Shown here in pieces: positions 37,269 through 50,748 of a DNA stretch of 64,000 bases (positions within the stretch are counted from its first letter, which is position 1; each line of letters starts with the position of its first letter). Position numbers and translations under genes: made by a program. The notes beneath the pieces are model-generated. The model made no database searches, had not been told where the DNA came from, and worked only from the letters and a program-made list of their open reading frames with translations. The DNA is taken from assembly GCA_002189035.1 (NCBI GenBank), contig NEEC01000007.1, positions 1-64,000 on the forward strand, written 5' to 3'. This DNA is from Utricularia gibba. Its lineage: Eukaryota; Plantae; Magnoliophyta.

Positions 37269-37699
37269 TCAAATATGCTTTCTCCTAATCTTTCCCTTCC
37301 CACGTCCCTTGCGTTTTCGGAGCTTGGTTTTCAGCTTTTTCCCCCGAGGCTTCAGGGCAATGGACTTGTCACGGCTGCCGCTGCAGCTACCCATATCCAC
37401 ATCTGCACATTTCCTTTTTATTTGTTTTTACTTGTACAGTACCATGGAACAAACGGAGAACCAAATCACAAAAGGCAAGAACAACCCATACCCATCTCGG
37501 TAGCCTCAGCAGGAGACGGCATAGTGGAAACATCCACTATGGAGGATTCGGCGCCCTTGACCGGCAGCTTTGGAGCGGCGAGGGCTGCCTCCGTGGCAGC
37601 GGCCTTGGCGGCTTCCTTCTTCTCGTAAACCGGCTCCACCAACTCTCTCCTGATCGCTCGAAGCCTCTTCTCCCTCTTTGATCTCATTGATTTCGCCAT
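37269..37699 (-). CDS. LLPH: Learning-associated protein LLP/LAP18 homologue (small basic nucleolar-type protein); 2 exons
   Basis: MAKSMRSKREKRLRAIRRE N-terminus, typical of the LLP family. Exon 2 gives a basic tail, KPRGKKLKTKLRKRKGRGKGKIRRKHI*. Confidence 0.8.
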
Positions 37700-37830
37700 T
37701 CCGAGGGTAATTTTCTTCTTCTGCTTCCGGTGGCCGGATGTAATCGCACTAGGGTTCCGGCCTCCTCGTGTCTGTTATAAGGGATGGGGCTTTTGGGGAT
37801 TCTGGACACATGTCTTTGGACCCATCGAGA

Positions 37831-37849
37831 GGCCCATTCTGAAGGCCCA
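37831..37849. promoter_or_regulatory. Two site II elements (GGCCCA) upstream of the LLPH homologue
   Basis: GGCCCA at 37831 and 37844. A telo-box-like TAGGGTT is at ~37750. Confidence 0.45.
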
Positions 37850-37978
37850 GACAGGATGAGCATGGATGTTAATTAACCGGGAAAAAGGCATGCATATCTT
37901 GAGAATTCAGGCCCCAACTCCAAGCCCCAAGGTTCTGTCTGAGAGACAAATGAATATGGAGTCCGGGAGAGGGGCATG

Positions 37979-37999
37979 CCCCCCCCCCCCCCCCCCCCC
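37979..37999. repeat. Poly(C)21 tract
   Basis: Seen directly. Confidence 0.9.
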
Positions 38000-38798
38000 A
38001 GCCATCCTCGTCAGTTGTGACTTGTGAGTGTGGAGTGGCCTTGCAACTCAAGAGAGATGATAAATGAATAACCCCCAATGTGTGTCTGTTTAGGACAGTA
38101 AATATGCCACATTTATGAGACAGCCAGCACGGCAGGGCTCGTATCAAGGGGAGGTTTCCACGCACACCAACCCAATTGAATACACATAAATGATTTACCG
38201 TAGACATCAAATTTGAGTTCCTTCCTTGATTCTTACGTGGTGTGTCTTCCATTCCATTCCATTCCCTTGTGTCCGTCCCAAATAACTGATAAATGCTACC
38301 CAAAGTAGTATCAACTTATAAGCGTGGGATGTAATTCCATGGAGGTTGAACGACCCCCTTGGGCGTAGAGGAGAAATTCCCTTTCTCCGATAGGTATGTA
38401 GCGGGCTTTCTCGGGGGACCCCGAGTATTCATTTCTGGAGATCATTTTCTCATCACATGGGGATCCACCAGCTCAGCTTCTCTTCTTTTACTCCCCCACT
38501 GTCCATTCTGGCCCCTTCCCCCACACAACCCTCGCCCTCCATCCCTTTTAGGATTTGTCGTCAGCAATTCTCAGCGGATGGAAGCTTGTATTCCTGTTCC
38601 TGTGGGTGATTTTCTTCTCCAGTAGACTTCTGAAGATTCATCCCATTGACGTTGGGGTATGGATACCCCCCTTTTTACTTCTTACTTCTTTTCACCCCCC
38701 TTCTTTCGTGATTCTGGGTCGCCTCAACTTTTACCTTAACCCACCGAAGCTACCATCTTTGCCTGCCAGCCATCAAGCACTACACTCTCCGAGGAAAG

Positions 38799-40138
38799 AT
38801 GGAGCGTGGAAATAAGCTCATTCTTATCGTGCTTTCGAGCACTTTCTTATTCCTGTGCAGTATATCTTTCACTATCTATTGCTTCAGAAGGAAAAGGCTA
38901 CACCACTCTTCCAGAGACCTAGAAGAGGGCTTCGATGGCAAGGGAGAAGATGGGTTGGTGAATTCTGGTGAACTGATCAAATTTCAAGGTGCTGAAGATC
39001 TCAGTATTGAAGAAATCCTTGATGCCCCTGGTGAAGTTATCGGGAAATCCAGCTTCGGAACATTGTACAGAGCTTGTTTGCTTCATTCAGATTCGCTTAC
39101 TCTACTCAGATTCTTGAGGCCAACTTGTACGTTGAGTATGAATGAGGTGGTGCCCATTGTAGAGATTTTAGGGCTTGTAAGGCACCCAAATTTGGTTCCT
39201 TTAAGCGCATTTTATGCAGGGTTCAGAGGGGAAAAGCTTATGGTTCATCCTTTCTATGAAGTTGGGAATTTGGCTCAGTTTATCAGAGGTAAATTGCTAC
39301 TCTCTAACATAAGCTTGGGCCTTGGGAGTTTGTTTGGCTTTACCGTGATGGGATCCCGATATAGGTTTGTCTCTATATGACGAGGTTGTCGTGACTTGTG
39401 AGGTGTTTGTCTGCTTTTGGTTGTTGGCATTTTTCGAGAAAGTGTTTTTTGTATGCGATTCGTTTTCCGAAATTTTGCAACTGTTTACTTTTTAGATTAC
39501 TTGCGCACGTGCATCTGGATTTCACAAACTCACTTGTTGAACGAATAGGTGGAAATCAAGAAGCAAGAAAATGGCATGTTATTTGTGGAATTTCCATTGG
39601 CATTGCTCGGGGAATTCATCATCTTCATACAGCCTTCCCACGGCCTATAGTTCACGGCAATCTCAAGGTGAAGAATGTGATGTTGGATGCTGATTACAAT
39701 CCATATATCTCAGATTTCGGGTTGCATCTTCTGCTCAATCCAACCGCAGGCCAGCAATTGCTGGAAGTGTTGACTTCTCAGGGATATAGGGCCCCTGAAT
39801 TGCTCAAAATTAAAGACGCTTCAGAAGAAAGTGATATCTACGGGTTAGGCCTCATTTTTCTTGAACTACTGACAGGCAAGGAACCAATCCACAAAGGCCC
39901 TGCCCTGGATCAAGATTTTTACTTGCCAAACTTGTTGAAAAGCTCGGTACTTGATGACAGAATCGCAGAGTTGTATCATCCAGATATCGTTGCTGGACTG
40001 AGTGACGATAAGAAGGCAGCTACTCAAGACAGAATCCTCCAATATTTTCAGCTAGCAATGGCTTGCTGCTCTCCATCTCGTTTCCTTCGCCCTGACATTG
40101 AACACATCCTTGCCAAACTAGAAGAAATTGTAGAGTGA
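38799..40138 (+). CDS. Membrane-anchored receptor-like pseudokinase (TMKL1-like, At5g61570/At5g07620 type); 2 exons
   Basis: N-terminal TM helix, then LIKFQGAEDLSIEEILDAPGEVIGKSSFGTLYRA, RHPNLVPL, HGNLKVKNV (no catalytic Asp), SDFGLHLLLNP, GYRAPEL and SDIY. Intron at ~39289-39548. Confidence 0.88.
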
Positions 40139-40671
40139 AGATGAGTTTTTCCTTGGGACATGGCCATGTTGACTGTGATGCAATTTCATGGCAGATGCTC
40201 TGATGAAAGCCTGACTTGCCAACGTTTGTGAGAACAGGTTCAGTTCAACTTGGAGAGTCACTTACAAGGACTCCAAGTTTGAATGAATGAATTTTTGACG
40301 TGGGAATGCACATTCTGGAGCAAAGGGTGGATAGATGTTGCACAACTTGAAGCAGCGCGGAATACTTCTTTTGATGAGGAAAGCTCCAGGGTTCATTAAG
40401 TTTGTTGCATATTCTTCTTTCTGGATTTGTTGAGGTGAACGTGAAATCCAAAACGTGGACTTGTTTAAGAAATTGGCATATGTGCACAACATAACATTCC
40501 AAAAGAGTGACCACCCAAAGACCACTCTCATTTCTACTGGTGATGATACTTTTTCTTACCGCACTTTCTGTGTCTGCTCTGCAAATCCTACTGCCACTGC
40601 TACCTTTTTTTGATTAACGAGCAGATGGAAGAAATGCATTTCTAATGTTATTAACAAAAAGATTGAGTTCA

Positions 40672-43600
40672 TCAATTTCTTTTACCAGAATTCCACTCCA
40701 TGATTGCAGAAAGAAGGGCGTAGTTCGGTATCAGGCCTTTGTGCGGCAACCGTTCCTTGTTTGTAGGTGATGTATCGTTTTTCTCCAGCCACTGCTCCAT
40801 GGCTTTGCGATCATATGTGTAGCCATCAGCAGCAACACAAGGATCTGTCATGATCTCCTGTAACCAACAAGAACCATCTATCAATGGCTTCATGTTGCTG
40901 TGGCCAGACCAGCAGACTACCGGAAGATGGAAATGAAAGGATTGACCTTAAGCATGGGGCAATGAAAATGGCTGGGAGGCTGTGCTGTAGTTTCCAGAGA
41001 AGGATTTTGGAATTTTTCAGCCCGATCCCTCATTTTTTCTAGGATTGGTAAGACTTGATCTTGCAAATCAGGCCGGTCGATTTGCCGAAGTTTGACACAT
41101 TTTAATGCTAGAGCAGCCACTTCTTGCGTTTCTTGAACTGGCCAAGAACCGGCCTGCTGATCTAGTACCTCCTCGAGACAGCCATTTTCAATTGCAACCT
41201 CGACCGTACGAGTCAATGCAATAGCTGGTTTTGCAGTAAGCATCTGTAGAATGATTATTCCTAATGCATACACATCGGTCTTGGGGGAGACAACTCCAGT
41301 TCTCTGGTACTCAGGATCAGTATAGCAGAGTGTGCCCACTGGAGCTCCATCGTTGATCGTAACGGAGGATGAAGGTTCTTCATTAATCACCTTGGAAAGT
41401 CGAAAATCCCCGATTTTGCTCACATTGTTATGATCAAGCAAGATATTCGCAGGCTTGAGGTCGCGGTGGATGATAGCACTAGGCTTGGAATGGTGTAGGA
41501 AGACGAGAGCTGAAGCAACTTCCCAGGCGATTCGGAAGCGATCGAACCACGAAAGTGCAGGTGTGCCGTTCCTTCTGTACAGTCTATCTTCAAGGCTACC
41601 GTTCTCCATGAACTCGTATACAAGGCAACCATGATCAGGGCAGGCACCAAGGAGAATAAGCAAGTTAGGATGCTGAATTTGGCTCAAGATTTCAAGCTGG
41701 AAGGAAGGCGCATGCATATTACTTATAAACTCTAAACAGAACAGACGAGTTGTTCAATCTTAAAAAGAAGGCATACCTCCGTCTGGAATTGCTTATCTCC
41801 ACCCGCCTCGCCTGCATAGACTTTCACTGCAGCAGTTGTGTGGTGAAAATTGCATTTGTAGACAGTGCCGTATGACCCCATTCCGATTTTGAGGTCATTG
41901 CGAAGTGATGAAGTTGCCGATAATACCTCATGCCAAGTGAAGTTGTAAAAGCGAGGCAAACTGTCCTTCAAGGCACTTTCAAGTCTTTGTTTTTCTCTCA
42001 GTTCACGCAAAGCTTTTCTTTCTGCTTCTTTTCTTTCTCTTGCTTCTATTTCTATACACTGTTTCACATTTTCAGCATCTCTTCTGGCAGCTTCATATCT
42101 CACATTCTCTTGTCTAGCCAATTCTCTCGCCTCTTCTTCCTTCCGACATATTTTCCTGAGATTAGCTTCTTCATCCATTCGGCGTCTTAGGAGCTCGTTT
42201 AACTGAAGAAACGTTTAATATTGAAGATAACTCTGTTTACTCAGAAAGAAATTCAAGAAGACACATTTCGGAGATTCATTCACCTTCCTAGATGTGCCAC
42301 TGGCTTCACCTTGCGCCATTGCGTACATTCCTCGTATATGTCTCAGTTTGACCCTAAGCCTTTCGATTTCAATATCCAAATTGACCTGCTGAAATCAAGG
42401 CATCATTTGAGATGGTTTCTGATATCCACTGCTGCAATATATGCATAAATCTTGATGTTGTTGTACTAGTACCTGCCCAGCAGCTGAAGTGAAAGCGCCG
42501 ATGGTTGAAGAGTCAGAGCATTTCGATGCATCAGACAATTGCTGATTTATGCTCATATCATCACTTTCTTCGTGGATGAGATATGAGCATGTTGATTCCC
42601 TGCTTTCACTTGAAGGCATACTTTGATGAAGAAGTGTCTGGTGCAAAGCAGACAGAGCTTGGAATTGCTGCAACTGAAGGAGAGCCGGCTGCAAACTGGA
42701 AAATGACTCCGTTGGAACTGACACGAGGGATTGCATTCAATTTACGGAACGCCAATTTTCTTCGAAAGAAGAAAGGAAATGATGCAGCAGAAATTCTTAC
42801 AGGTGTCGTCATACGGCGAGGCCAAAGATTCAGGTGAGGATTCATCGTTAGAGCTGCTTCCATTTGTTTCAAAATCTGACGGTCGCAGTGATGAGAGTGC
42901 TCCCTTAGATACCACATACACCGTACAATATTTTGGACAGCCTTCAGAAATTTTAGATGACAGCATTCGATTTCTGTGTGAAGAATGCAGCAAACATGTC
43001 AAAGAAAATGAAACCAGAAGAGGTCTTTGCATCGTGTAACGAATGGCTCTTGGAATTTGCACCTTGAGAACATGCCGTGAGATGAAGATCCGATTACCAG
43101 GTGCTTGATACCATGCTGGCAAACATACCCTGCTATGCCACTCACAACATCATCTGATTCGATTTGTACAACCTGCACTTGCACCTGCAGTAAGAATACC
43201 AAGGTTGGATCTTTAAAGAGAGGGAGAGGCAGAAACAAGTGTTCATAGCACATCATCGAAAAACCTTTCTTTGTGCGCACAGTTTCTTGCAAAGATGAAG
43301 ATTGTCATTGACTTTCCACTCAATCTCCCTTCTAAAAGCATCTGCCACATCTTCTCTTACTTGAGAAACCGGAAGAAAATTCCCCACTGCAACGAGAAGG
43401 GGTGATATAGCATGTACCTCAAGCATCTAGTAACTCGAGAATGAGTTCACATGGCTGTTTCTTTTGTCGCTCTGGTGTTTTGAGGCAGAAAAGCAACGGA
43501 CATTCGATAAGAGAGAATCAAGAGTGGAGAACTACTCACTAGGAGTTGGGATTCTTGTTATGATGGGGCGAACGTGTAGTAGGATGAGTGATATGATCCC

Positions 43601-43774
43601 TTTCCCTTGCTCGTGTGAGAATTTTTCAAGAGCCCACTTGACAGCGTGTCTGTCTTTACTGCTTCCACTGACAGCCACAACAGCAGCAACTGAGGATATG
43701 GGACTGTTTTCGACCATCTCAATATCTTTCTCCTCTGTCTTCATCTCCTCATCCTCCTCCTCGAAGCCAAGCAT
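40672..43774 (-). CDS. USP-like / Ser-Thr kinase / U-box protein (class IV PUB, PUB34/35/52-like); multi-exon
   Basis: VAVSGSSKDRHAVKWALEKF...LLHVRP (USP-like domain), a coiled coil, KIGMGSYGTVYK, AAVKV, IIHRDLKPANILLD and DF(R)LSK. GTLCYTDPEYQRTG, then a U-box HFHCP | LQEIMTDPCVAADGYTYDRKAMEQWL...LIPNYALLSAI. Confidence 0.93.
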
Positions 43775-44452
43775 CTGAATGGGGTGGGGTTATGACACCG
43801 CGAGTCCGTCGAATCCCTTTTCCTCGTTGTCTTGCTGCATATCAAAGGAAAAATCTTCTAGTAGTTTGACAGTGTGGGAAGCGTGTCAAAACATACAATA
43901 ATAATAATAACAAACGCGACATTCAGTAACGATGGACAAGAAAGACAGACGCGAGCTCGTTTACCTTTCACTGGTTTTGTCCTGTGCTGCTGCGTTACAA
44001 TATCGATCACATGGGCCTTTGACTTTAAACCCTCCTCCAACTTGTGGGAGTAGGCCACACTTTTTCCTTCCCTATGATCCATCGCCAGCCAAAACTTTGA
44101 CCTTCTGTGCCTCGTGCTAGCATTTGGCGTGGACACATTGCTCACCCCCTGCCTACCCCGCTAAGTGTGAGGTAGTTTTCTGGGTCTATTTGTTGGTATC
44201 TTGAAAGTTGAAACCCTCGTGCTGCTGTTTACAAACGCAAAACAAAACTTCCTTCCAATCGATCACACCCTGGCGCGATATCCCGCCACCCTGCCGTCAC
44301 TGGGAGCATAGGAAACATACAAATGAAACTGGGACTAATAACTTTCCAACTCCAAAGTCAAAACATTAACCGCTTGAAATAACTACTAACGGGCAAGTAA
44401 AAAGTTGGCCCCTTGGCATAAAAACAAGTAGACCCAAGTTGAGGTGCTGAAT

Positions 44453-47400
44453 TTATGAATCGAGGCCCGTCCCAAACAAGGTAATGAGGCCACGGAACAC
44501 CCTCGCGGAGAGCAGATGCGCAGGAAAACTCTCACCATCCACATTCCAAACTCCTTCCTTCCCAGAAGACTTGAACGTGAAAACCGTAGTCTACAAATAT
44601 TTTTACTCACTCAGCATGTTCTGGTTTACCACAGTAACAACAACAAAAAGAAGCTTACTTTATGGTGCTCCACAAACTCGAAGTCCAGAGGGCCCCCCCT
44701 CTTCTTGCAATCTCTATCAGGTGCCTGCACATAAAATTTGAATGTGTGAGAACAACAGAACCATTCATTTTCAAGTGAAGGGAAGGAGCTTTCGGTTGGT
44801 CACATTAGATAAAGAGGGCGTGGGCAGTCCCTGATCAGCACGAGATGCAGAAAGCCATCGGAAAGATGAGCATCGGCAACAAGGCCATCAGGCGCCTTGG
44901 CATTCCGGCATGAGATGATTGCCGCACCAATGCTGATAAAGCATCCTTTCGAGGTCGACCACTTCATTCTCTCTGTGCTCTGGGATTGCTGGCTTGATCC
45001 AACTCTTGTTTCATTTGATTCTGAATTGCATACTTCACAGTTCGCATGGCATTTAGCAACAGCGCGCACACGCTTCGTTGGACAAAGAGATGATGTTCTC
45101 GAAACCACTGGGTCCGGGGTTGTGCCATGTTTTTCTGATTCAACTTCCAGATAGGCCACTTCTGCCTCATACGATCTGAAATAGGAAGGGTGACCAGCTA
45201 AGGAAGATCAATAGTACAGCGCAGCATCTGAATGTGTTAGGCAGCTGTTCCTGGCTGCAAATCAAGTAGAAATAAACCGCTACCTGTGCTTTAGGAAAAC
45301 CTTGGTTCCAGCTAAATCATAACGACTAGGTCCCATCCACCGATGTTTTTCGCTCTCTGTAATGATGTCGCCATAGAATCCATACCTAATGCATGGCACA
45401 AGTTCATATGGACAGTTACAAGTGAATATTAGACAGCATCCCTGATGGATACACAATTCATGAAGATGATTGGTCCAGAGAGGTAACATAACAAATCAAT
45501 AGAGAAAAAGATAATTATACGCATAAAATACCCAGCAAACGAAGCAGCATAGCGAACACAGGTCTCCTTTTGTGACGCACTTGTTTTTTTCCATCTGACA
45601 AGCTGAGCTATGTCAAGGCGCACACTTTTTGCAAGAATAATGTGAAATGCGGATGTAATAGGGTCCCGAACCCCTACAGTACTGCGAGAGTGAACCAACC
45701 AATGAGAATGGAAAAGTCATTTATAATGTGAGAATATGACAACCCAAGAATACAGTTTGTATTGGAGGGCTAGTACCACATGACAATAGCATCGGTGGAT
45801 CCAGCTGGGATAATTCCAAATTTAAATTTTTCATTTGGGAAAAGGACCTCCGAAGCTTCTGATATGTAGAACAGAGGCAACACATAAAGACACCGCAATG
45901 CAATACTCAGGCAGAACCTAAGCAAGGTACTAGAATCCCATTTTATACAAAAAAAAAGAGACTGTTATCATTAAAGCAAAGTACCATGATTAGACAGATG
46001 GGGAGAACCAATTTTATCCAGATTAGTTAAAAATAGGGACTCCTCATTAGGTGGTGAATGATTGTCTGTTCCCAATGAATGCGTTGAGTCCCCTGGAAAT
46101 GGTGGATATGGGCTCTTATGCCTTGACAAGAGGGCACCGTTCAGAATTTCATTGAAAAATCCATCTCCACCCTAACATCAGAAGACAAGGACAGATATGA
46201 GGACAGGAAGAAATGATAAGGTCCCTGCTTATTTAAAGAAAACCGAATACCAAAAAAGAAATATAGCATAACCTGAAAGACCACTACTTACAATGGCTAT
46301 GCAACCATCATATAAAAAAAGATCACTATTTGGCATTGAGGCCAGCATATCACGCGCATGACCAGCCCTCTCCGTCACTATAACCTGTATACGAAAAGCA
46401 ATATAGCAGTGGACAGAGAATTTGTGGAGAAAACTGAAAAGGGATTCCAACCAATCGCAAACCACAAAAGCTATATATACAAAAAAAGAAAAAACATGTG
46501 AACTTCACAATGTATAAATAAAAGAAAAACTGGTTATTTGAAATATACCCGGGTTTTCACTTCAGCTTGCTGAAACAACGGAGCTATTGTTTCCCATATT
46601 CTACATCCATGGCCTTTCCCACTCCTTGGGTGCACAAAAACCTAACCATTTATGGTCTTAACAGGAAAGCAGAGATACGGAAGCATGACCTAAAGGAATA
46701 TTTATTGCAAAGCTTGAAAGAGTGCACAGAAACATACTAGAAGATTCTTAGGTCTTCTTGTCTCCATGTCCAGTTTAGCCTTAATCAGGTTGACCCAGCT
46801 TTTACAGATCTCTAAACTCGTGTTACCAAATGTGTAAACTGATGCCCTCCACACTGATGATCCGGTCTTAGATTTTTGGCCAACATGCAATCTAAACCAG
46901 TGCATCTGTCGAAGGAAAGAACTATAATCTATGCGCTATATATAAAAGGGAAAAAATTACTTCATCTCCCATTACCTCAGACAACTGATGCAAAAGAGAG
47001 CCACCAGAATTGGATAAACTCGAAGGTTTGTTTACCAAGCTTCCATGAAGGAGGTCAACGGCATAAACATCTGCAAATTCCACCTGCTGCTCCTTACCTG
47101 ACACATACTTCGTTCCAAAAGAAGGTAGTTGGCATTCTTCCTGAATTAATGAACGCAATATCTTTTTGAAAGGCTCTAAATCACACCTAGTAATGTGACT
47201 AAAATCCTCGTAAGATACCACGAGGCTGTCCTAAATTGGTTAAGCGCCCACTTTGGATTTTTATAGCACACGGATGTAAGATTTTGTGAATACCTAACCA
47301 AGGGTCCAGCCAAAAGTAAATGAAATGCCCCATTTGCATTAGGTTCTTTTCGGAATGGGATTTATTATCCTCTAGACCTTACAAGAGGCGTTTCAAAGTT

Positions 47401-47754
47401 AGAAACCCAATTGACATCGATCGACATCAAGTGTCTTCCAGGATAGCAGCTACTTGACTAACAGAAGTCAAAATGCAACAAAAGAACTAACCTTAACACA
47501 GATAGTGAACAAAAAAAGAAAAGAAAATCATATAAGATACAGCGAGCAGGAAGCTTAAAGCGAGTACAACTCACGTTGGGCACGGACTCCACCAAATTCC
47601 AAGAGACGCCGTTTGCTGTAAATGAGAGCAGCACTTCCCCAACATGACCCAAGAAAAACCTAGAGGATAGGAGGGACGTCCCATCGCCACCATCATATTG
47701 TGGACTTGGATGGAGATACTGTCCCATTAAACCTTCTTCCTCGTCTCTTTCCAT
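44453..47754 (-). CDS. CERK: Ceramide kinase (CERK/ACD5); multi-exon, apparent 1-bp frameshift in the penultimate exon
   Basis: RPKNLLV|FVHPRSGKG, GGDGFFNEILNG, GVRDPITSA, YGFYGDIITESEKHRWMGPSRYD, CHANCEVC and SCRNAKAPDGLVADAHLSDGFLHL. Last exon GVWNVDGESFPAHLLSARVFRGLITLFGTG. Confidence 0.93.
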
Positions 47755-47941
47755 GACGATCATCCAATGATGATACACCCACCCAAGAAAAATAAGGTTA
47801 GACCAGTTTCCTCCGAATAAACGAAGCGAATGAAAGAAGATACAGCCATTGGCAATCAGGCGATCCGCATTAGCGTCCGACTCTTAAATCGCGAGATGCG
47901 ATATGTTACCGTTGTGATGATATTTGAGAAGCCCCTTCCCC

Positions 47942-47969
47942 GGCCCATATTTTTGTTATGGGCTGGGCT
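47942..47969. promoter_or_regulatory. Site II element cluster upstream of CERK
   Basis: GGCCCA at 47942, TGGGCT at 47959 and 47964. Confidence 0.45.
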
Positions 47970-48289
47970 CACTCCAACCCAGCAGTATACAGAACAACCA
48001 TTCATAGAGATAATGAAGCAGAACAGAAACAATTGCTCTTTCGATATGTAGGTTCGTTTAGAGATTGGTTTTTTAATATTGACATATATATGTAATAGGG
48101 TGGATTAAATTTATATCAAATTCATAGAGATAAGATTTATATAAAAACATGGAAAACATTGTATTATTCAAATAAATTAAATTGTTATGCCAAATATCTA
48201 AATTTAAACAAAATATAAACACGTGGGCGTTAGTGTTGAAGTGTGACGGCGGTGGCAATCCGGCGATGTGGAGGAGGTGGATGGAGTTT

Positions 48290-49957
48290 TCACTCGGGGA
48301 CGGGGACGGTGTCGGGGATTAGGAACCTCTGCCAATACCAATGCTGCCTCCACACGATCGCCATCTTCTCCATGGGAACATCCTTTGTCTCCGGCAGCCA
48401 GCCGTAGACGAACCCCGTCATGATTGCCACCCACCCGCCGAAGAAGAAGAAGACTCCGGCCTTCATATGGCACAACATGCTTAAAAAAGCTTGAGCCACA
48501 ATGAATATCATCAGAAAGTTGGTCGCTACATTTATGCTCTGCCCCGCCGATCGTATCTCCAAAGGGAAAATCTCACTCGTCACCAACCACCCCAGGGGTC
48601 CCCAGGAAAGTCCGAAACCGGAGACGTAAATGGAGATCAAGATGAGAACAATGAGGGAGTACTCTTTGTTTAGGACTCCGTGATCTCCCAGCTTAACCGC
48701 CATGATCGCGCCTACTAGTATTTGGGTGATGAGCATTTGAATCCCGCCCACCAGGAAAAGTACTCTTCGCCCCACCTTGTCCACGATCAGCATCGACACA
48801 ATCGTCATGGTGCTTCCAACCACACCGATGACGACCGAGGACAGGAGCGCGGCGCTAACCCGGACCCGGTGGTTCGGAAAAGTATCGGGGCGTAGAATGC
48901 GATCACGTTTATGCCTGTGACCTGCTGAAAGAAGGGGATGGCGATTGCCATCACTAACTGCGGTCTGTACTTGCGCTGCAGGATGTTTCTGAGAGGGTGT
49001 TTGACGGCTCTAGCAGCCTCGCTCGCGGCAATCAGATCCTCCAATTCTTGTCCTACTTGTTCCACCCCACGAATTCTTCGAAGCAGCTTTTCGACACTCT
49101 CTCTGGTGCCACCAGTTTCGATGGAGCTGCTAGGGGTCTCCGACAGAAATAGCGCACCCAAGGTGAGAACAGCTGCAGGAAGCGCCGCCATCGCCAACGA
49201 AACTCGCCATCCCCAACCTCCTCGGATCGTGTTCGTGAAGTAGTTGGTGACGTTGGCTGATATCACCCCGACGCCCACGAAGAACTGGAACCCGATATTG
49301 AACGCGCCTCTGTACTTGGGCGGTGCCATTTCCGACAAGTACAAAGGAACAGACTGGAGAGTAGATGAAAGCAATATTGATCATCTTAAAAAGAAAAAAT
49401 TAGCTCAATCTCTAGTTCTATGATGAAAGAGGAACCTGATTTGTAAAACCGACACCGACGCCAAGAAGCAGACGGCCGACAATAAGCATAGAGACATGGA
49501 CGGCGGCGGCACAGATGACCGCACCGGAAAGGAAGCAAGCGCCGCCGGTGAGTATAGAAGCTCTCCGGCCCAAAGCCCTGGTGACCGTGGAGGCAAAGAA
49601 AGAAGCGAGGAGGCCTGCTATGAAGAGGGATGAAGTGAAGGAGGTGAGGAGTTGACTGTCGAATTTACAGTAGTTGCTTATCTTGGTATTCTCCACCATA
49701 TCCCGGTAGATTCGGGAAAGAATTTGTTCAAGAAGGGCTCCATGGAACTCACTCCGCCTGCACAAGAACTCCTCAGTCAGCAAACAACGAAGAGGGAGGT
49801 GGTAGGTAGGTATGGTGTACTCACCGGTGACTCCATTGTCATAGCCGAAGATCATTCCGCCGAAGGCAGCCACGAGGGAGGAAAGCAAGACGAAGACCGT
49901 AATTCTGCCGTTATACACGTTCTCCTGGGGATTGGCTATTGCTGCTCCTTGAGCCAT
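48290..49957 (-). CDS. Sugar transport protein (STP3/HEX6-like hexose:H+ symporter); 3 exons, two apparent 1-bp frameshifts
   Basis: GGMIFGYDNGVTG, KISNYCKFDSQLLTSFTSSL, GRLLLGVGVGFTNQ | SVPLYLSEMAPPKYRGAFN, FFQQVTGINVIAFYAPILF, VDKVGRR, SWGPLGWLVTSEIFPLEIRSAGQS and LPETKDVPME. Confidence 0.93.
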
Positions 49958-50142
49958 TGAATTGGAAACGGGAAGGGGGAATTGCTCCGCCGCCCCCGAG
50001 GGCTGAGAGGGTGGCTTTGTTGTTGGGGTTGGGTTGGCACATGGTGCATGTGCCGTCGCCGCTGGCTGGCTGGCTGGACTCACTCACGCACACTCACACA
50101 TTACTGGACAGTGCAAAAGCATCCCCCAGACTCGCTCTGCTT

Positions 50143-50444
50143 CGGGCCCATCTTCCTAATCACTTGGGCCCCCCAATAACAAACACGAAGATATGGTGGT
50201 GATCCGGATCCCCGGATTCCAAGCCAAATATTTCCTGCCCCCGCCCTGCCCCTGCCCTGCCCTCTCTCGTGTACGGTTCTTCCCTCGATTCAATCAAAGA
50301 TTTATTTGAAATTTCCATCTTTTCCAAAATCAGGAAATATCTTCCTCCACGGCACCTTACGACGCCTTTTTATTCTTTCGTCTTCTATTCATGGAAGCTG
50401 TCCGGTGTCCTCGTCGACTTCACCCGCCGTCTCCAAAACCCTAA
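50143..50444 (+). promoter_or_regulatory. Site II elements and a telo-box upstream of the DYAD/SWI1-family gene
   Basis: GGCCCA at ~50145, TGGGCC at ~50165 and AAACCCTAA at 50436-50444. Confidence 0.45.
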
Positions 50445-50748
50445 ATCCCTCCCCTGCTTTGCCTTGGGAAGCCGATGGAGACTTACACCCGAAAGCGCTT
50501 CAAGAGATCTTTTCACCCTGTAACTGCCATGGTTTTTCTCTATCTCTCTCTCTCTCTCCCTCCTCTACGCCGCGATCTGTTATTTGATGAACATTTGAAT
50601 CCCCCGCTGAAATAAACATTTGAATTAAGGTGTACTCTGACTGATTGCTCTGTACATGGGTTTCTCTTTTTTCAAAAAAAAAAAAATTATAAACCTACTG
50701 GGTTAAACGAAGGTGTCGTGATTGCTTTGCGCCCTGGAACTGCAGGTA

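Noticed and set aside
48060-48225. Very AT-rich stretch between the CERK promoter and the STP 3' end
   Set aside because: No terminal inverted repeats or TSD found; consistent with an ordinary terminator/spacer.
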